Below, one piece after another: positions 1 to 9,920 of a stretch of 61,417 bases of DNA. The position numbers and the translations under genes are program-made. Source of the stretch: Candidatus Bathyarchaeia archaeon (GTDB taxonomy: Archaea; Thermoproteota; Bathyarchaeia; Bathyarchaeales; Bathycorpusculaceae); assembly GCA_049515895.1 (NCBI GenBank), contig JBEKTQ010000024.1, positions 1 to 61,417 on the forward strand, in the 5' to 3' direction. Numbering within the stretch: position 1 is the first letter of the stretch; each line of letters starts with the position of its first letter. The notes beneath the pieces were generated by a model. That model did no database searches and was not told the DNA's origin. It saw only the letters and a program-made list of their open reading frames with translations.

Positions 1-885
1 GGAATAATTATTGCTTAAATTCAGGAGGTTTCTTAATTCTGGGTTTTTTTCCGCAAGTTTGTTTGCTTCTCTAAACATTTTCGATGCAGATGCAGGCATT
101 CTCATTGTTATGCTCGCGAGTTTTTGGTCGTCTTCGAAGTCAACTTGGTAGCAAGCTGTCCCACCGTACGATATTACATCAGTAGCTTCTGCTGTTTTTT
201 CCTCATATGATTGGTGAAGAGGAAGAATCGGTGCGTAACCCCATGCATGTTGAACTAGCCACGGGTCAAAGCCTAAAGTCAATAGTTTGAACATTCCTGC
301 GGCAACTGTTCCGCTTGAAACTTGGGTTGCACCAACGAGGTTTTTAGTCGAGTAAATTAAGAGGTAAAGATTGCTTGGATCAACATTGCATTTTTCGGCA
401 ATGTAGGCTATTGTCTCTTCTGTCGGTCTTATTTCTGTTTCAAGCGCCAAAACCGCTTTATCAAGTTTTTCCTTGTATCGAATTCTTTTGAACAGTTCGG
501 AAGATTCAAGCGCTAAAGCTCTGGCTGGTCCAGAGGCGATTGCTGAGAAACTGCCAACAGTGATTTTCCAATCTGAGTATTGTGATGCCAAAGTCGATTG
601 GACAGGGTAATCTGTGTATACGAATGCTGAGGGCAAAACCGTGTCTTCATATTGCATTGGAAGAATCTGAACGGACGCATAACCGCCCAGGCATATTTTG
701 CTCACAATTTCGCCGGCTAAGAATCCTCCTCGAGCTTGAATGCTGGAATCGATCAACGTAGCACCGCAACTTGCTCGTTCAACTAAAACCCGATATTTTC
801 TGGGATTGGCGATTAGTTTTTCAACTAATTTTAACGCTGCGGCATTGAGGTTGATTTCATTACTTTGTGATGTTTTGCCTTCCAA
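1..885 (-). CDS. mch: Methenyl-H4MPT cyclohydrolase (Mch) homologue, divergent; runs off the window start
   Basis: Manual translation from TTG 885, open to base 1: GGFLAGEIVSKICLGG, TDYPVQSTLASQYSDW, ASGPARAL, LGFDP, GYAPILP, SYGG match the Mch motif order. Confidence 0.85.
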   Translation of the reverse strand, partial: MEGKTSQSNEINLNAAALKLVEKLIANPRKYRVLVERASCGATLIDSSIQARGGFLAGEIVSKICLGGYASVQILPMQYEDTVLPSAFVYTDYPVQSTLASQYSDWKITVGSFSAIASGPARALALESSELFKRIRYKEKLDKAVLALETEIRPTEETIAYIAEKCNVDPSNLYLLIYSTKNLVGATQVSSGTVAAGMFKLLTLGFDPWLVQHAWGYAPILPLHQSYEEKTAEATDVISYGGTACYQVDFEDDQKLASITMRMPASASKMFREANKLAEKNPELRNLLNLSNNYS

Positions 886-1063
886 TATTTGTCATCACAA
901 ATTAAAGAAGCCTCGGTTGTTTAAGTTTTCTATTTTAACAGTTGCTTTAGTTTTCTCTTTTCTTGATTTCGCAATACCTTTTTAGCTCAAAGGCGACCAA
1001 AAAACCTGGTAATAAGCAAATTTGCGTAACTTTATTCCGAAAAAAAAGGAAAATTGGAAAAAG

Positions 1064-1318
1064 CTATGTTTCAAACTTGGCTTCGAGCGTTATTAAAGTC
1101 TCAGTTCTTACGATGCCTTGGATTGCCTGCAATCGAGATATTATCCACGACAGGTTTGTTGTTTCCACATGAGTGACAACATCGTATTGTCCAGCAACTG
1201 CTTTCGCAAACTTTACGCCTTCAATCTTTCTGGCTTCTTTTACCACGTGCCACAATTCGCCAAGCTTTGTATTAATCAGAATCACAGCTTCTATGGGATA
1301 ACCTTCTTCTTCTGGCAT
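1064..1318 (-). CDS. Stand-alone Lrp/AsnC ligand-binding (RAM) domain protein
   Basis: AVILINTKLG...IEGVKFAKAVAGQYDVV...IQGIVRTETLI; no HTH; start moved to ATG 1318. Confidence 0.85.
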   Translation of the reverse strand: MPEEEGYPIEAVILINTKLGELWHVVKEARKIEGVKFAKAVAGQYDVVTHVETTNLSWIISRLQAIQGIVRTETLITLEAKFET

Positions 1319-1508
1319 ATTTAATTCACTCATTATAACACTATTAATCAATCGCTTTTTAAATTTTGTCAATTTGATAGTGCGGCTTCCGAGTCTTGAA
1401 CCCTTTTTTATGCTCCCATCGATGGGATAAATTTTTGAGTGATGTTGGAGCAGATTTGAAATTGATCGCAATTATTATTATTCAGTAAATAAATAATGTT
1501 TCTAAAGG

Positions 1509-2312
1509 ATGTCTATGAGCAGCAAAATTGGTCACGCTTACATTCTTGTGGTGATTCAGCCTGGCAAAGAGCAGGAGTTCGCTGATGAAGTTGTGTCTAA
1601 GGGATTGATTCTTGATTCTGCAGTTGAGAAGTTAGATTTTGTTCATGGTTCCTTTGATTTCATCGTTGTCCTTACTGGAAGCAGAGACGATGTAGATCGC
1701 AGAATTCTAGAAATGAGAAAGATACCATTCGTTGAAAGCACGGAAACGCTAATTCCGTTTGAAATGCTCAACTGGGACGATGTATCTAGCGTTTTGAAGG
1801 ACCCCGCCTATGCTCTGCGGAAAAACGATGTTGTTGGCTTGCCTAGTTTAGAATTAGAGTTAGAGAATGATTGCACATCGCCAATAGTCATTTACTCGAC
1901 AAGAGGTGGGAAAACCAAAAAAGTTGCAGCTGAATTTGCTTCTGAACTTAATTGCCCGTGTGTGGAGATAAACAAAAGTTTAGATCTCTCTACCATCAAC
2001 TTGAGTGGTTATGATTTAGTGCTCATTGGGACTGGCATCTACGGGGCATGTCCAAATGTTGAAATGGTTCGTTTTCTAAAAAATGCAAACCTGGATAGCG
2101 AGAAACAATTCGCTCTTTTTTTAACTTGGTATAGACTTGGGCAAAATGACAAGGCGGTGTTTAACATAATAAATGGCATCTTAGATTCTAAAGGAAAAAA
2201 ACTTCTTGCCCAATACTTTGAATGTCCGGGTGATATTTCAAAAGGTCACCCAAATGCTGAAGACCTGAGTGCGGCCAGAAGATGGGTTAGTAAAATCAAA
2301 AGAAAGAGCTGA
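1509..2312 (+). CDS. Lrp/AsnC ligand-binding domain fused to a flavodoxin domain
   Basis: N-term AYILVVIQPGKE..VHGSFDFIV..VESTETLI; C-term IYSTRGGKTKKVA, YDLVLIGTGIY, GHPNAEDL. Confidence 0.85.
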   Translation: MSMSSKIGHAYILVVIQPGKEQEFADEVVSKGLILDSAVEKLDFVHGSFDFIVVLTGSRDDVDRRILEMRKIPFVESTETLIPFEMLNWDDVSSVLKDPAYALRKNDVVGLPSLELELENDCTSPIVIYSTRGGKTKKVAAEFASELNCPCVEINKSLDLSTINLSGYDLVLIGTGIYGACPNVEMVRFLKNANLDSEKQFALFLTWYRLGQNDKAVFNIINGILDSKGKKLLAQYFECPGDISKGHPNAEDLSAARRWVSKIKRKS

Positions 2313-2457
2313 AAGAGGGCTAAAGATCGCGTTTTCCAGTAAAGGGCACTATGGCTTGAACACCGACCAAACAAAATGCCTTTAGGTGTGAATCTATCGT
2401 ATAAGCCTTTGGAAAGTTTCTTAAGCTGGCCAGCTCAGAAATAAGGTGAGGGTATTA

Positions 2458-2757
2458 ATGAGCAGCAAAAGTGATCATGTTTACGTACTGGTGGTAATTC
2501 AGCCAGGAAAAGAGCAGGAGTTAGCTAATGAAATCGTGTCAAAAGGGTTGGCTCTTAGCTCCAAGGTTGAGAGAATGGACTTTGTGCATGGTTCCTTCGA
2601 CTTCATCATCATATTCAGCGGACCCAGAGAAGACATAGACAATAGGATCTTGGAAATGAGACGGTTGCCATATGTTCGAAGCACAACGACTTTGATTCCT
2701 TTTGATATGCTTAAGTGGGAAGACTTATCGGGCACAGCAAAAGAACCGAAACAATAA
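2458..2757 (+). CDS. Stand-alone Lrp/AsnC ligand-binding domain, close paralogue of the N-terminus of 1509..2312
   Basis: Shared LVVIQPGKEQE, DFVHGSFDFI, RILEMR, TLIPF; SD-like GGTGAGG upstream. Confidence 0.85.
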   Translation: MSSKSDHVYVLVVIQPGKEQELANEIVSKGLALSSKVERMDFVHGSFDFIIIFSGPREDIDNRILEMRRLPYVRSTTTLIPFDMLKWEDLSGTAKEPKQ

Positions 2758-2813
2758 AATGTAAAGAAACTAGTTAAGGCATTTAGAATTATCTAACAAG
2801 TCAGTGCCAAGAG

Positions 2814-3581
2814 TTATTTTTCCCTAAAGAGTGACATTCTTGGGTAAACTTCTATGCCTTTTTTGTCGATGGCGTAGGGGACAAGATTTGTGTTGACGTT
2901 TACGCCGCGCATTTTTTCGACCTGTAACCCTCTTGTTGTTGTTCCGCCTGAAAAGAGAGTCTGCATCATTATTACTCCATGAGCGAGAAATTCTTCGTCA
3001 AGTATATTTCTTTCCAAGCCTATCTTGGCGAGTTCTGTTGTTACTATCACTGTTACGCCAAGGTCAGACAAAGACTCAATCAAGTCAACACTTGCAGTTC
3101 GTCGCTCTGTGGGGTCAAAGAACCTGTAGAACAGCGAAGCAAGCGTATCTATGACGACTCGTTTGGCATTGACTTGCTTTATCTTCTCTTGCAGTTCTTC
3201 AATAAGCTTGTCTACCTGCAATTGCTTGCCCCGTAGGCTGCTGGCCTCTTCCTTGAGCATCTTCTCCTTCAAGATAGCAACTCTTGACAATCGGGTCGCA
3301 TCTACAAAGCCAAATTTGCCGTCTACTTCAGCCTTCCTGAAATCCCAACCGAATTTGGCCATTTCAGCGAAGAAGTGATTCTTCGCCTCGTCGAGGCTAA
3401 CTAAAATGCCATTTTCGTTGAAGCTCGTTATTCCCCTATACAAGAATTGGGACGCAAGAATTGTTTTTCCAGCTCCAGGTCCGCCCACCACAAGAATGAC
3501 TCGCCCCTTTGGGAAGCCACCGCTAATAAGCTCGTCTAATCCTTCGATCCCGGTTGGGACAGTTACGATTGTTTCCGTCAA
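2814..3581 (-). CDS. Single-domain KaiC/RAD55-family ATPase
   Basis: TGIEGLDELISGGFPKG, Walker A GGPGAGKT, Walker B RVVIDT, VEKMRG. Confidence 0.9.
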   Translation of the reverse strand: MTETIVTVPTGIEGLDELISGGFPKGRVILVVGGPGAGKTILASQFLYRGITSFNENGILVSLDEAKNHFFAEMAKFGWDFRKAEVDGKFGFVDATRLSRVAILKEKMLKEEASSLRGKQLQVDKLIEELQEKIKQVNAKRVVIDTLASLFYRFFDPTERRTASVDLIESLSDLGVTVIVTTELAKIGLERNILDEEFLAHGVIMMQTLFSGGTTTRGLQVEKMRGVNVNTNLVPYAIDKKGIEVYPRMSLFREK

Positions 3582-4049
3582 AGCACTTCACACCCTAACA
3601 AAAACAAAAACACTTGTTGTTGTATATTTAATTTTTGTACTCGGTAGTTTCTAAGCGTAAGAAAAATTCAGGATCCTAGTATCTTGCGCAATAGACATGC
3701 GGATGACGAGTCGTCATTCGAAGATTTATTCTGTCCATAGCACAATTCTGATGTGGTTTTTGGATTCTGAGAATTTTCGGAACCGTTTGCCGTCCTTTCG
3801 TCATGAGCCCGCAGAAACAGCCATGCTTTTCAACCAGGGTCGAGCAACAATGCGACCCCGAAGCTTTCCAAGCAGTCCTCAAACCCGCGTACGCACCCTC
3901 ACTACCGAAGACTGGGTTTCATCAAAAACAACGCTAAAACTCTGAGAATATAAAGGCCTGCCTCACACAGCGTACATTGCTGGGCAAAAGCTTTTCGCGG
4001 ATTGGAAGGTACGCTAAAAAAATGGTTCTGCTAAGACAATTTGAAGATT

Positions 4050-4176
4050 AGGGAAAAGTCCTCCGCTCTGAACCATTCTCGAAGGTTGTTAGCGCATCCG
4101 CTCCCCGAAGGTTTGCCCGGATTTTTGCGCGGCGAAAGCCGCCCTTCCCTTGACCTAAGTTTCCGCCTCCGCTTAG
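4050..4176. ncRNA. Candidate structured RNA of unknown family
   Basis: Nested stems: AGGGAA/TTCCCT closing AACC/GGTT, GCGCA-TCCG/CGGA-TGCGC (C-UUCG-G loop on the minus strand) and GCGGC-GAAA-GCCGC; no credible ORF. Confidence 0.3.
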
Positions 4177-4350
4177 ACTTGTCTTTAATTATGTAATTCA
4201 CCTTAGTCTATTATATCTTACGAATTCATTAAGTTGTGAGAGCGAAATAATATTTATGGTTGATTCGGAGCAGCCGTGGGCTTGGAAAACTGGAAATGGG
4301 GTCCAGTGGCCCCACCATTTATGGTTAAAATGTTAGGCCCCTATCCGAAA

Positions 4351-4629
4351 CTACTCATTGAATTCGTAACCGCAGCGCCTAACATTCCACATGTACTGGT
4401 CAAATTTACCGACTGGGAATTCTTTATAGCAAAGAAACGGGCGGTTACTATAAACCTTGCAAAGCTTGCCGCTATCCAAAAAATGGCAATTAACGCAGCA
4501 ATCTCCACAATGCAGGCATTTTCCTGTTCTTTTTGCCAGTTTCTTCTTGAGATAATTCTTATCGATTGTCATCATGAAGAGCCTTGTTGCCGCAGTTGGT
4601 GTCCTTAGAAGCCTCTTTAAGTTGCTCAT
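4351..4629 (-). CDS. YkgJ-like cysteine-cluster (CxxCxxCC) protein
   Basis: KCLHCGDCC..CHFL...LCKVYSNRPFLC..FP. Confidence 0.8.
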   Translation of the reverse strand: MSNLKRLLRTPTAATRLFMMTIDKNYLKKKLAKRTGKCLHCGDCCVNCHFLDSGKLCKVYSNRPFLCYKEFPVGKFDQYMWNVRRCGYEFNE

Positions 4630-4771
4630 TTTGTTCGCGTACAAGTTATGTCGAAAGCATTAAGAATTTTTTGGCAAGTTTTCCATTTTCCAACGACGCT
4701 TGTATAAAGTTACGAATTGTAAGAAAAATATTCAAACGAAGTTGCAAAGATCAATTAATTTTTAGAATTGG

Positions 4772-5872
4772 TTACGTGGCGTTTTCGGGTTTTCGCCTTA
4801 AACGTTGGACTGCTATTATTGCGTAGACTAAGATGATTTCGGGCACGGTTATGCCCACGGCAATAAAGGGCTGAATTAGTGGTGTTGATATCGATTTTGA
4901 AGGTATTGCGAATTGTATCGTCACCTGATGCGTACTGAAATGCGTCGTGTACCAAACGTAATAGTTACTGCTGTCTTGGACATAGCCTTGATTTTGACAT
5001 GATTGTTTGTCTATGTAGATCGTTGGGAAGCCTCCGAAGGGCACTGAACTTTTTGGAATGGTTATGTTGCTGAAGCCTGTCGTGCCCTTTTCACCTGCTA
5101 CGACAAAAGATACTGTTGTTGTCGTGACGGACTGGTTTGTTGTGAGGGTAACCTTGGAAATCTGTGAACTGGTTATGTTTCCACTGATTGCAAGATCAAC
5201 TGTTGTCCCGTTAGTTGCCGTCGCTTTGACCAATTTTGATGAAGGCGTTGGAGTAGGGGGCGTTTGTGTCGGAGTTGGAACTGTTGTAGACGGAGGCGTT
5301 GGAGTTGGTGTCGCCGTTGGTGTTGGTGTTGCGGTCGGCGTTGGAGTTGGAGTTGGTGTGTCCGTTGGTGTAGGTGATGGCGTTGGCGATATCGTAGGTG
5401 TTGGTGAAGGGGTTGTTGTTGGAGTCGGTATCGCCGTCGGTGTGGGTGTTGGGGTTGGTGTTATCGTTGGTGTTGGTGAGGGCGTAGGTGTCGGTGTTGG
5501 TGTTTGCGTGGGCGGTGGGGTCGGTGTCGGCTTTAGAGTTGGTGTTTGAGTTGGGGTCGCGGTCGGTGTAGGTGTAGGTGTTGATGTCGGCGTTGGCGTT
5601 ACCGTTGGGGCTGGGGTTGCTGTTGGTGTAGGTGTCGGTTTAAGTGTAGGTGTCGCAGTTGGAGTGGGGCTTGGTGTTGGCGTGGGCGTTGGAGTTGCTG
5701 TCGGTTTTGGTGTCGCTGTCGAGGTAGGTGTTGGAGTAGGTTTAGGAGTTGCCGTAGGCCTTGGGGTACGAGTAGGTTTAGCGGCTTTTGCTTGAATATT
5801 CGCGAATGCACAGATGGATAATAAGATTAGAAATACTGTTGTCATGATTTGTAGTTTCTTCATGTTTTTCAT
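4772..5872 (-). CDS. Secreted Pro/Thr-rich surface protein with C-terminal membrane anchor
   Basis: Signal peptide (..QAKA), about 180-aa PT repeat, globular domain, TM segment plus basic tail RLRRK. Confidence 0.85.
   Translation of the reverse strand: MKNMKKLQIMTTVFLILLSICAFANIQAKAAKPTRTPRPTATPKPTPTPTSTATPKPTATPTPTPTPSPTPTATPTLKPTPTPTATPAPTVTPTPTSTPTPTPTATPTQTPTLKPTPTPPPTQTPTPTPTPSPTPTITPTPTPTPTAIPTPTTTPSPTPTISPTPSPTPTDTPTPTPTPTATPTPTATPTPTPPSTTVPTPTQTPPTPTPSSKLVKATATNGTTVDLAISGNITSSQISKVTLTTNQSVTTTTVSFVVAGEKGTTGFSNITIPKSSVPFGGFPTIYIDKQSCQNQGYVQDSSNYYVWYTTHFSTHQVTIQFAIPSKSISTPLIQPFIAVGITVPEIILVYAIIAVQRLRRKPENAT
5240..5780 (-). repeat. Coding (Pro-Thr)n low-complexity repeat
   Basis: Degenerate ACN-CCN hexamer repeats encoding TPTPTP. 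Confidence 0.9.
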
Positions 5873-6036
5873 TCATTCTGTCTTTCTTGTTAACTTAAAT
5901 CTGGACCGCGATTGCCGCGAGTTTCAAGTGTTTCTTGATTTTCCTTGTTCGAAGCCAATGTTGAGACAGGCTCTGCCGCGTTATAGCATTTTTTGAACAT
6001 GAAGCGGAGATTCGATTGTGAAGAGAGAGGGGTCAC

Positions 6037-6471
6037 TTAGATTCTTGGAAAGAAGGGTGCTGGATATGCTATTCCAAATAGTGATCCAATCAGTATGCTT
6101 AGCAGGATGTAGATAACCCATGCTAGAAGTGCTATGAGTATTGCCTGAATCCAACCTGTACCGAAACTGGCTTTAAAAACCCAAATCCAAGCTATGAGAG
6201 CTAGAATATAACCAATAGCCAACGCTGCGGATCCTATTACTGCACCTAGGAAGAAGGCAACCAGAAAGGCAACGATTATGTAGACGATTGGTCCAGCTAA
6301 AGTTGCAAGTAGAGCGTCTCCAAATGTCGCTTTTCCACCAGTAGCCACTTTTCCCGCGAGCCAAACAGGGATAGAAACGACAATCCACAGAATTATCAGC
6401 CCGATTAGGGTTGCCAGTATGCCCGCGAGAGTTACTGTTACTCCGTTAAAAATCAATGGAAAAAACCTCAA
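6037..6471 (-). CDS. Hypothetical multi-pass membrane protein
   Basis: Four to five hydrophobic segments; start uncertain. Confidence 0.75.
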   Translation of the reverse strand: MRFFPLIFNGVTVTLAGILATLIGLIILWIVVSIPVWLAGKVATGGKATFGDALLATLAGPIVYIIVAFLVAFFLGAVIGSAALAIGYILALIAWIWVFKASFGTGWIQAILIALLAWVIYILLSILIGSLFGIAYPAPFFPRI

Positions 6472-6701
6472 ACAATGCTAGATAGAGCGTATAATTAAAG
6501 TTTTCTTTTTAGGCTCCTTCGAAAATGGCATAAAGATTAAGAACACATGACCGGTATTTTGGCTAATTTGGCGCAGATTCTAAGGTAATATTACCGAAGT
6601 GGCAAGAGTTAACCTTAGTTTCTACGATTGTACGATGAACAAAAAATTGCCATCTGGTACCTCAACCATGTATCAGTTACCGTGCATGTAGCTTGGACCT
6701 G

Positions 6702-6920
6702 CTAAATTTCAATTTGAGCGTCGGGTTCAACCTTAACCGTGACGTTTGGTCCTTTTATTCCAGCTAAAGGTGGAAGAAGGTGGGAAATCATTTGTTCTGC
6801 AGTGCATGGACGAACAGTTCCGTTCGGGCTGTATTCTTTCCAACCATCCACTTCCTTTCTAAATTTCTGTAGCCATCTGTCTTTGAACATGATGTAGATT
6901 GTGCATTCAGAATTTTTCAT
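6702..6920 (-). CDS. Small hypothetical protein
   Basis: ATG with AAGGA upstream and an AT-rich promoter-like stretch. Confidence 0.6.
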   Translation of the reverse strand: MKNSECTIYIMFKDRWLQKFRKEVDGWKEYSPNGTVRPCTAEQMISHLLPPLAGIKGPNVTVKVEPDAQIEI

Positions 6921-7057
6921 AGTTATCCTTTTGCAGATGATTATTAAAATTTAATGCCTAAGAAATGACCTGATAGTGCACGCTTCACGCTAAAGCATAT
7001 TTTGGAGAGTCCAAACTGGATTTTTATGTAACCTGAGAGTAATTAGCATGTACGAAA

Positions 7058-8029
7058 ATGAAAGCGATTGTACGGTCAAAATATGGCCCACCGGACGTTC
7101 TTCAACTCAAAGAGGCGCCGAAGCCAACTCCCAAGAACAACGAGGTACTTGTAAAAATATATGCGACAACAGTGAACCGAACAGACTGCGCCTTTTTAAG
7201 CGGTAAGCAATTTATAAATAGACTTATCAGTGGTCTCTTCAGGCCAAAAAGAACGATTTTAGGGAGTGAGTTCGCTGGAGAAATTGAAGCTGTGGGCAAA
7301 GACGTCAAATCATTTAAGAGTGCTGACCTTGTTTTTGGATTCAGTGGAGTTAGTTTTGGTGCCCATGCCCAGTACATGACTATGCCCGAACAAGGCATGC
7401 TGACAATTATGCCAGCAAATGTGACATTCGAAGAAGCCGCCCCTAGTACTGAAGGTGGACACTATGCACTTAACGACATTAGAAAAGCGAACGTTCGAAT
7501 CGGGCAAAAAGTCCTGATCAACGGCGCAACGGGCGCTATCGGTTCAGCAGCCATCCAACTTGCGAAATATTATGGGGCGGAGGTCACCGCTGTGTGCAAT
7601 ACTATGAATTTAACATTGGTAAAATCTCTTGGAGCCGACAAGGTAATTGACTACACAGTAGAAGATTTCACAGAAAGCGGTCAAGAGTATGATTTTGTTT
7701 TTGATGCAGTTGGTAAAAGTTCATTTGGCGCTTGTAAAAAACTGCTGAAACCAGGCGGGATTTATTGTTCAAGCGATCTTGGTTTCTTGTGGCAGAACCT
7801 ATTTTTGACACTCTGGACTTCAATATTTGGCGGCAAAAAAGTTATATTTCCAATTCCAAAAGAACAAAAAGAAGACATTCTTTTTTTCAAAGAGCTTATT
7901 GAGGCGGGAAAGTTTAGACCCTTAATAGATAGATGCTATCCGTTGGAACAAATTGCCGAAGCTTACAGGTATGTCGAAACTGGTCAAAAAACGGGAAATG
8001 TGGTCATAATTGTGGGACATGATGACTAA
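7058..8029 (+). CDS. NAD(P)-dependent MDR-family oxidoreductase (quinone reductase / ADH-like)
   Basis: YGPPDVL, GSEFAG, Rossmann motif INGATGAIG, GQKTGNVVI. Confidence 0.9.
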   Translation: MKAIVRSKYGPPDVLQLKEAPKPTPKNNEVLVKIYATTVNRTDCAFLSGKQFINRLISGLFRPKRTILGSEFAGEIEAVGKDVKSFKSADLVFGFSGVSFGAHAQYMTMPEQGMLTIMPANVTFEEAAPSTEGGHYALNDIRKANVRIGQKVLINGATGAIGSAAIQLAKYYGAEVTAVCNTMNLTLVKSLGADKVIDYTVEDFTESGQEYDFVFDAVGKSSFGACKKLLKPGGIYCSSDLGFLWQNLFLTLWTSIFGGKKVIFPIPKEQKEDILFFKELIEAGKFRPLIDRCYPLEQIAEAYRYVETGQKTGNVVIIVGHDD

Positions 8030-8226
8030 ACCTGATCGCCAAATATTTCTGGAAAAAATCCTAGCACGAGCTGGCAAGGCATGTTAAAAAAGCAAATATC
8101 TCAACAGTAGGCTAAGTTTGAACTAAGAAAACTACTATGTGTCAGAATCGTCCCCACAATATCGTTTATGATAAGGCAACGAATCATTGATTAAGCTTAA
8201 GGTTAGAAGCGGAATTCATGATCAGT

Positions 8227-8490
8227 TTAAATTGACAGGTTCATTTTGCTTGCCAAAACTAGAACCTGCTCTGACAAGAACTTCGTCAATCTTTCTGAGT
8301 TGTCACGTACTTTGTTGTGTTGGGCTACATGATTATTTAGGGCTCTGTTCATGGCTTTCATATCAGGCAACACCAAAATCTCGAAGCCACATGTGCATCC
8401 AACGAGAGGCATCCGTTTTTTGTGAACAGCGACTTTCCTTTGTCGAACTTGGTCAGAAAAATTTATTTCCTGAATACTTTTCCTTTTCAC
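8227..8490 (-). CDS. Small putative Zn-binding protein (CxCG...HxxxH)
   Basis: CTCGFEILVLPDMKAMNRALNNHVAQH; start uncertain. Confidence 0.6.
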   Translation of the reverse strand: MKRKSIQEINFSDQVRQRKVAVHKKRMPLVGCTCGFEILVLPDMKAMNRALNNHVAQHNKVRDNSERLTKFLSEQVLVLASKMNLSI

Positions 8491-8807
8491 GGCAACTCAC
8501 TCATGACATTACGAGAGTTAACTGGATTTATCTTATACATCGTCGCATATAAGAAGTAGTGATAGGCGCGATACTGTCACAAAACAAAGTCATGGAAAAA
8601 GCGCGAGAAATGTTAGGTCTTTCACGAATTGCGGGGTTGGATAAGTTAAGCCACAGTTTGTTTTTGCGATGGTTTTTTATACATTCTAATGACAATGGCA
8701 CATCTGCTAAGCCTTTATCCTTGTGTAGGCAGATTTTTGAAAAACCTTGAGCGAAAATGAATACTCGGCAATAAAAAGAAAAAATAAGAGAGCTCTTCGA
8801 CGCCGTT

Positions 8808-9140
8808 TTACATCATTGGCATTATTTCAAGGACTTCAATGCTTGCTTTCGGCATCATGTAATGCGGGTGGTTAGCGATTACCGCTTTCGCCCCTTCCAT
8901 GTCTTCAGCTTGCACAATAGAGTAGCCTGCCACATTGCTCTTCCCTTTAGAGCTTCCAGCTTTGGTAAAATTCATCCCGTTTCCCACCATGTTCCCATTG
9001 TCGACTATGGATTTCCCGCATTTCTTAAACCAGGTAAGCCAAGGCTCCATTCCTTTCTTTATTTCCTCGGGACTCCTCGCTTTCATTTGAGCTTCAACAG
9101 CGGACGCTGGCGCCATGTACAAAACCAAAAATTTCTTCAA
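8808..9140 (-). CDS. YciI-like dimeric alpha/beta barrel protein
   Basis: KKFLVLY...WLTWF...VAGYSIVQAEDMEGA...HPH...IEVLE. Confidence 0.8.
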   Translation of the reverse strand: MKKFLVLYMAPASAVEAQMKARSPEEIKKGMEPWLTWFKKCGKSIVDNGNMVGNGMNFTKAGSSKGKSNVAGYSIVQAEDMEGAKAVIANHPHYMMPKASIEVLEIMPMM

Positions 9141-9461
9141 AACAAATCACCATTTAATTTGTAATTTGACAGGTGTTTTTATCTTTATCCCCTGGAGAAA
9201 AATCGTCGTACATCGCGTGAGCTAAAAGGCTTACCCACCGCTTATCACAAGCCTTGTAAAGTCGCCTGTCAGAGTTGGAACAAGAAAAATTATTCGAACT
9301 CAAGCCTCCGCTCTATACAATTCTTTCCCCAGAATTCCCAAACACAAAATCAAAAGAAAAAGAAACAAAAACCGAGACAACAAAAGACTACATTCCGGCT
9401 TTTTGCTGTCTTTATTGCGTTGCAAAACTTTTATACCGTAGTTTATAGACTTTGTAGATTG

Positions 9462-9896
9462 ATGCCAACGGTAAAAGATTTTATGACAACCAATGTCATC
9501 ACAATTGATGCCAAAGGAACGGTGCTTCAGGCCGCGAAACTGATGCATCAACAAGACGTGGGTGATCTTGTGGTGATGGATGGCGTTGTGGCTAAGGGCA
9601 TAGTTACTGAGAGAGACTTGGTTAGAAGGGTAATGGCGCAGAAAAAACCGCTTGATACTAAAGTATCTGAGGTAATGTCGGACCCGCTCATAACTATCGA
9701 GGAGGACGACTCCCTCAGAGATGCAGCGAGGAAAATGGTCAAGTACAAAATAAGGCGACTCCCAGTTACGAAGAAAAACGTTTTGGTTGGCATAATAGCC
9801 ACTTCAGATTTTGCTAGGCACCTGAGCAAAAAATCTTTTAGTGAAGTAATGCTCGCAGCTATGAGCCGATATCCTTTGGCCGACAACAGCAGATGA
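9462..9896 (+). CDS. CBS-pair domain protein
   Basis: VKDFMTTNVITI, GIVTERDLV, IRRLPV, VGII. Confidence 0.9.
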   Translation: MPTVKDFMTTNVITIDAKGTVLQAAKLMHQQDVGDLVVMDGVVAKGIVTERDLVRRVMAQKKPLDTKVSEVMSDPLITIEEDDSLRDAARKMVKYKIRRLPVTKKNVLVGIIATSDFARHLSKKSFSEVMLAAMSRYPLADNSR

Positions 9897-9920
9897 ACGG
9901 CACGCTTGATTCTCCTGCGT

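Noticed and set aside
4049-4064. AGGGAAAAGTCCTCC resembling the RNase P RNA GAGGAAAGUCC motif
   Set aside because: No matching 3' P4 strand or other conserved RNase P regions are visible.
4098-4118. GGCAAACC..GGGA on the minus strand resembling a c-di-GMP-I riboswitch
   Set aside because: Lacks the GNRA loop/receptor pair and the downstream conserved elements.
5058-5549. Val/Gly-rich ORF
   Set aside because: Antisense shadow of the Pro/Thr repeat gene.
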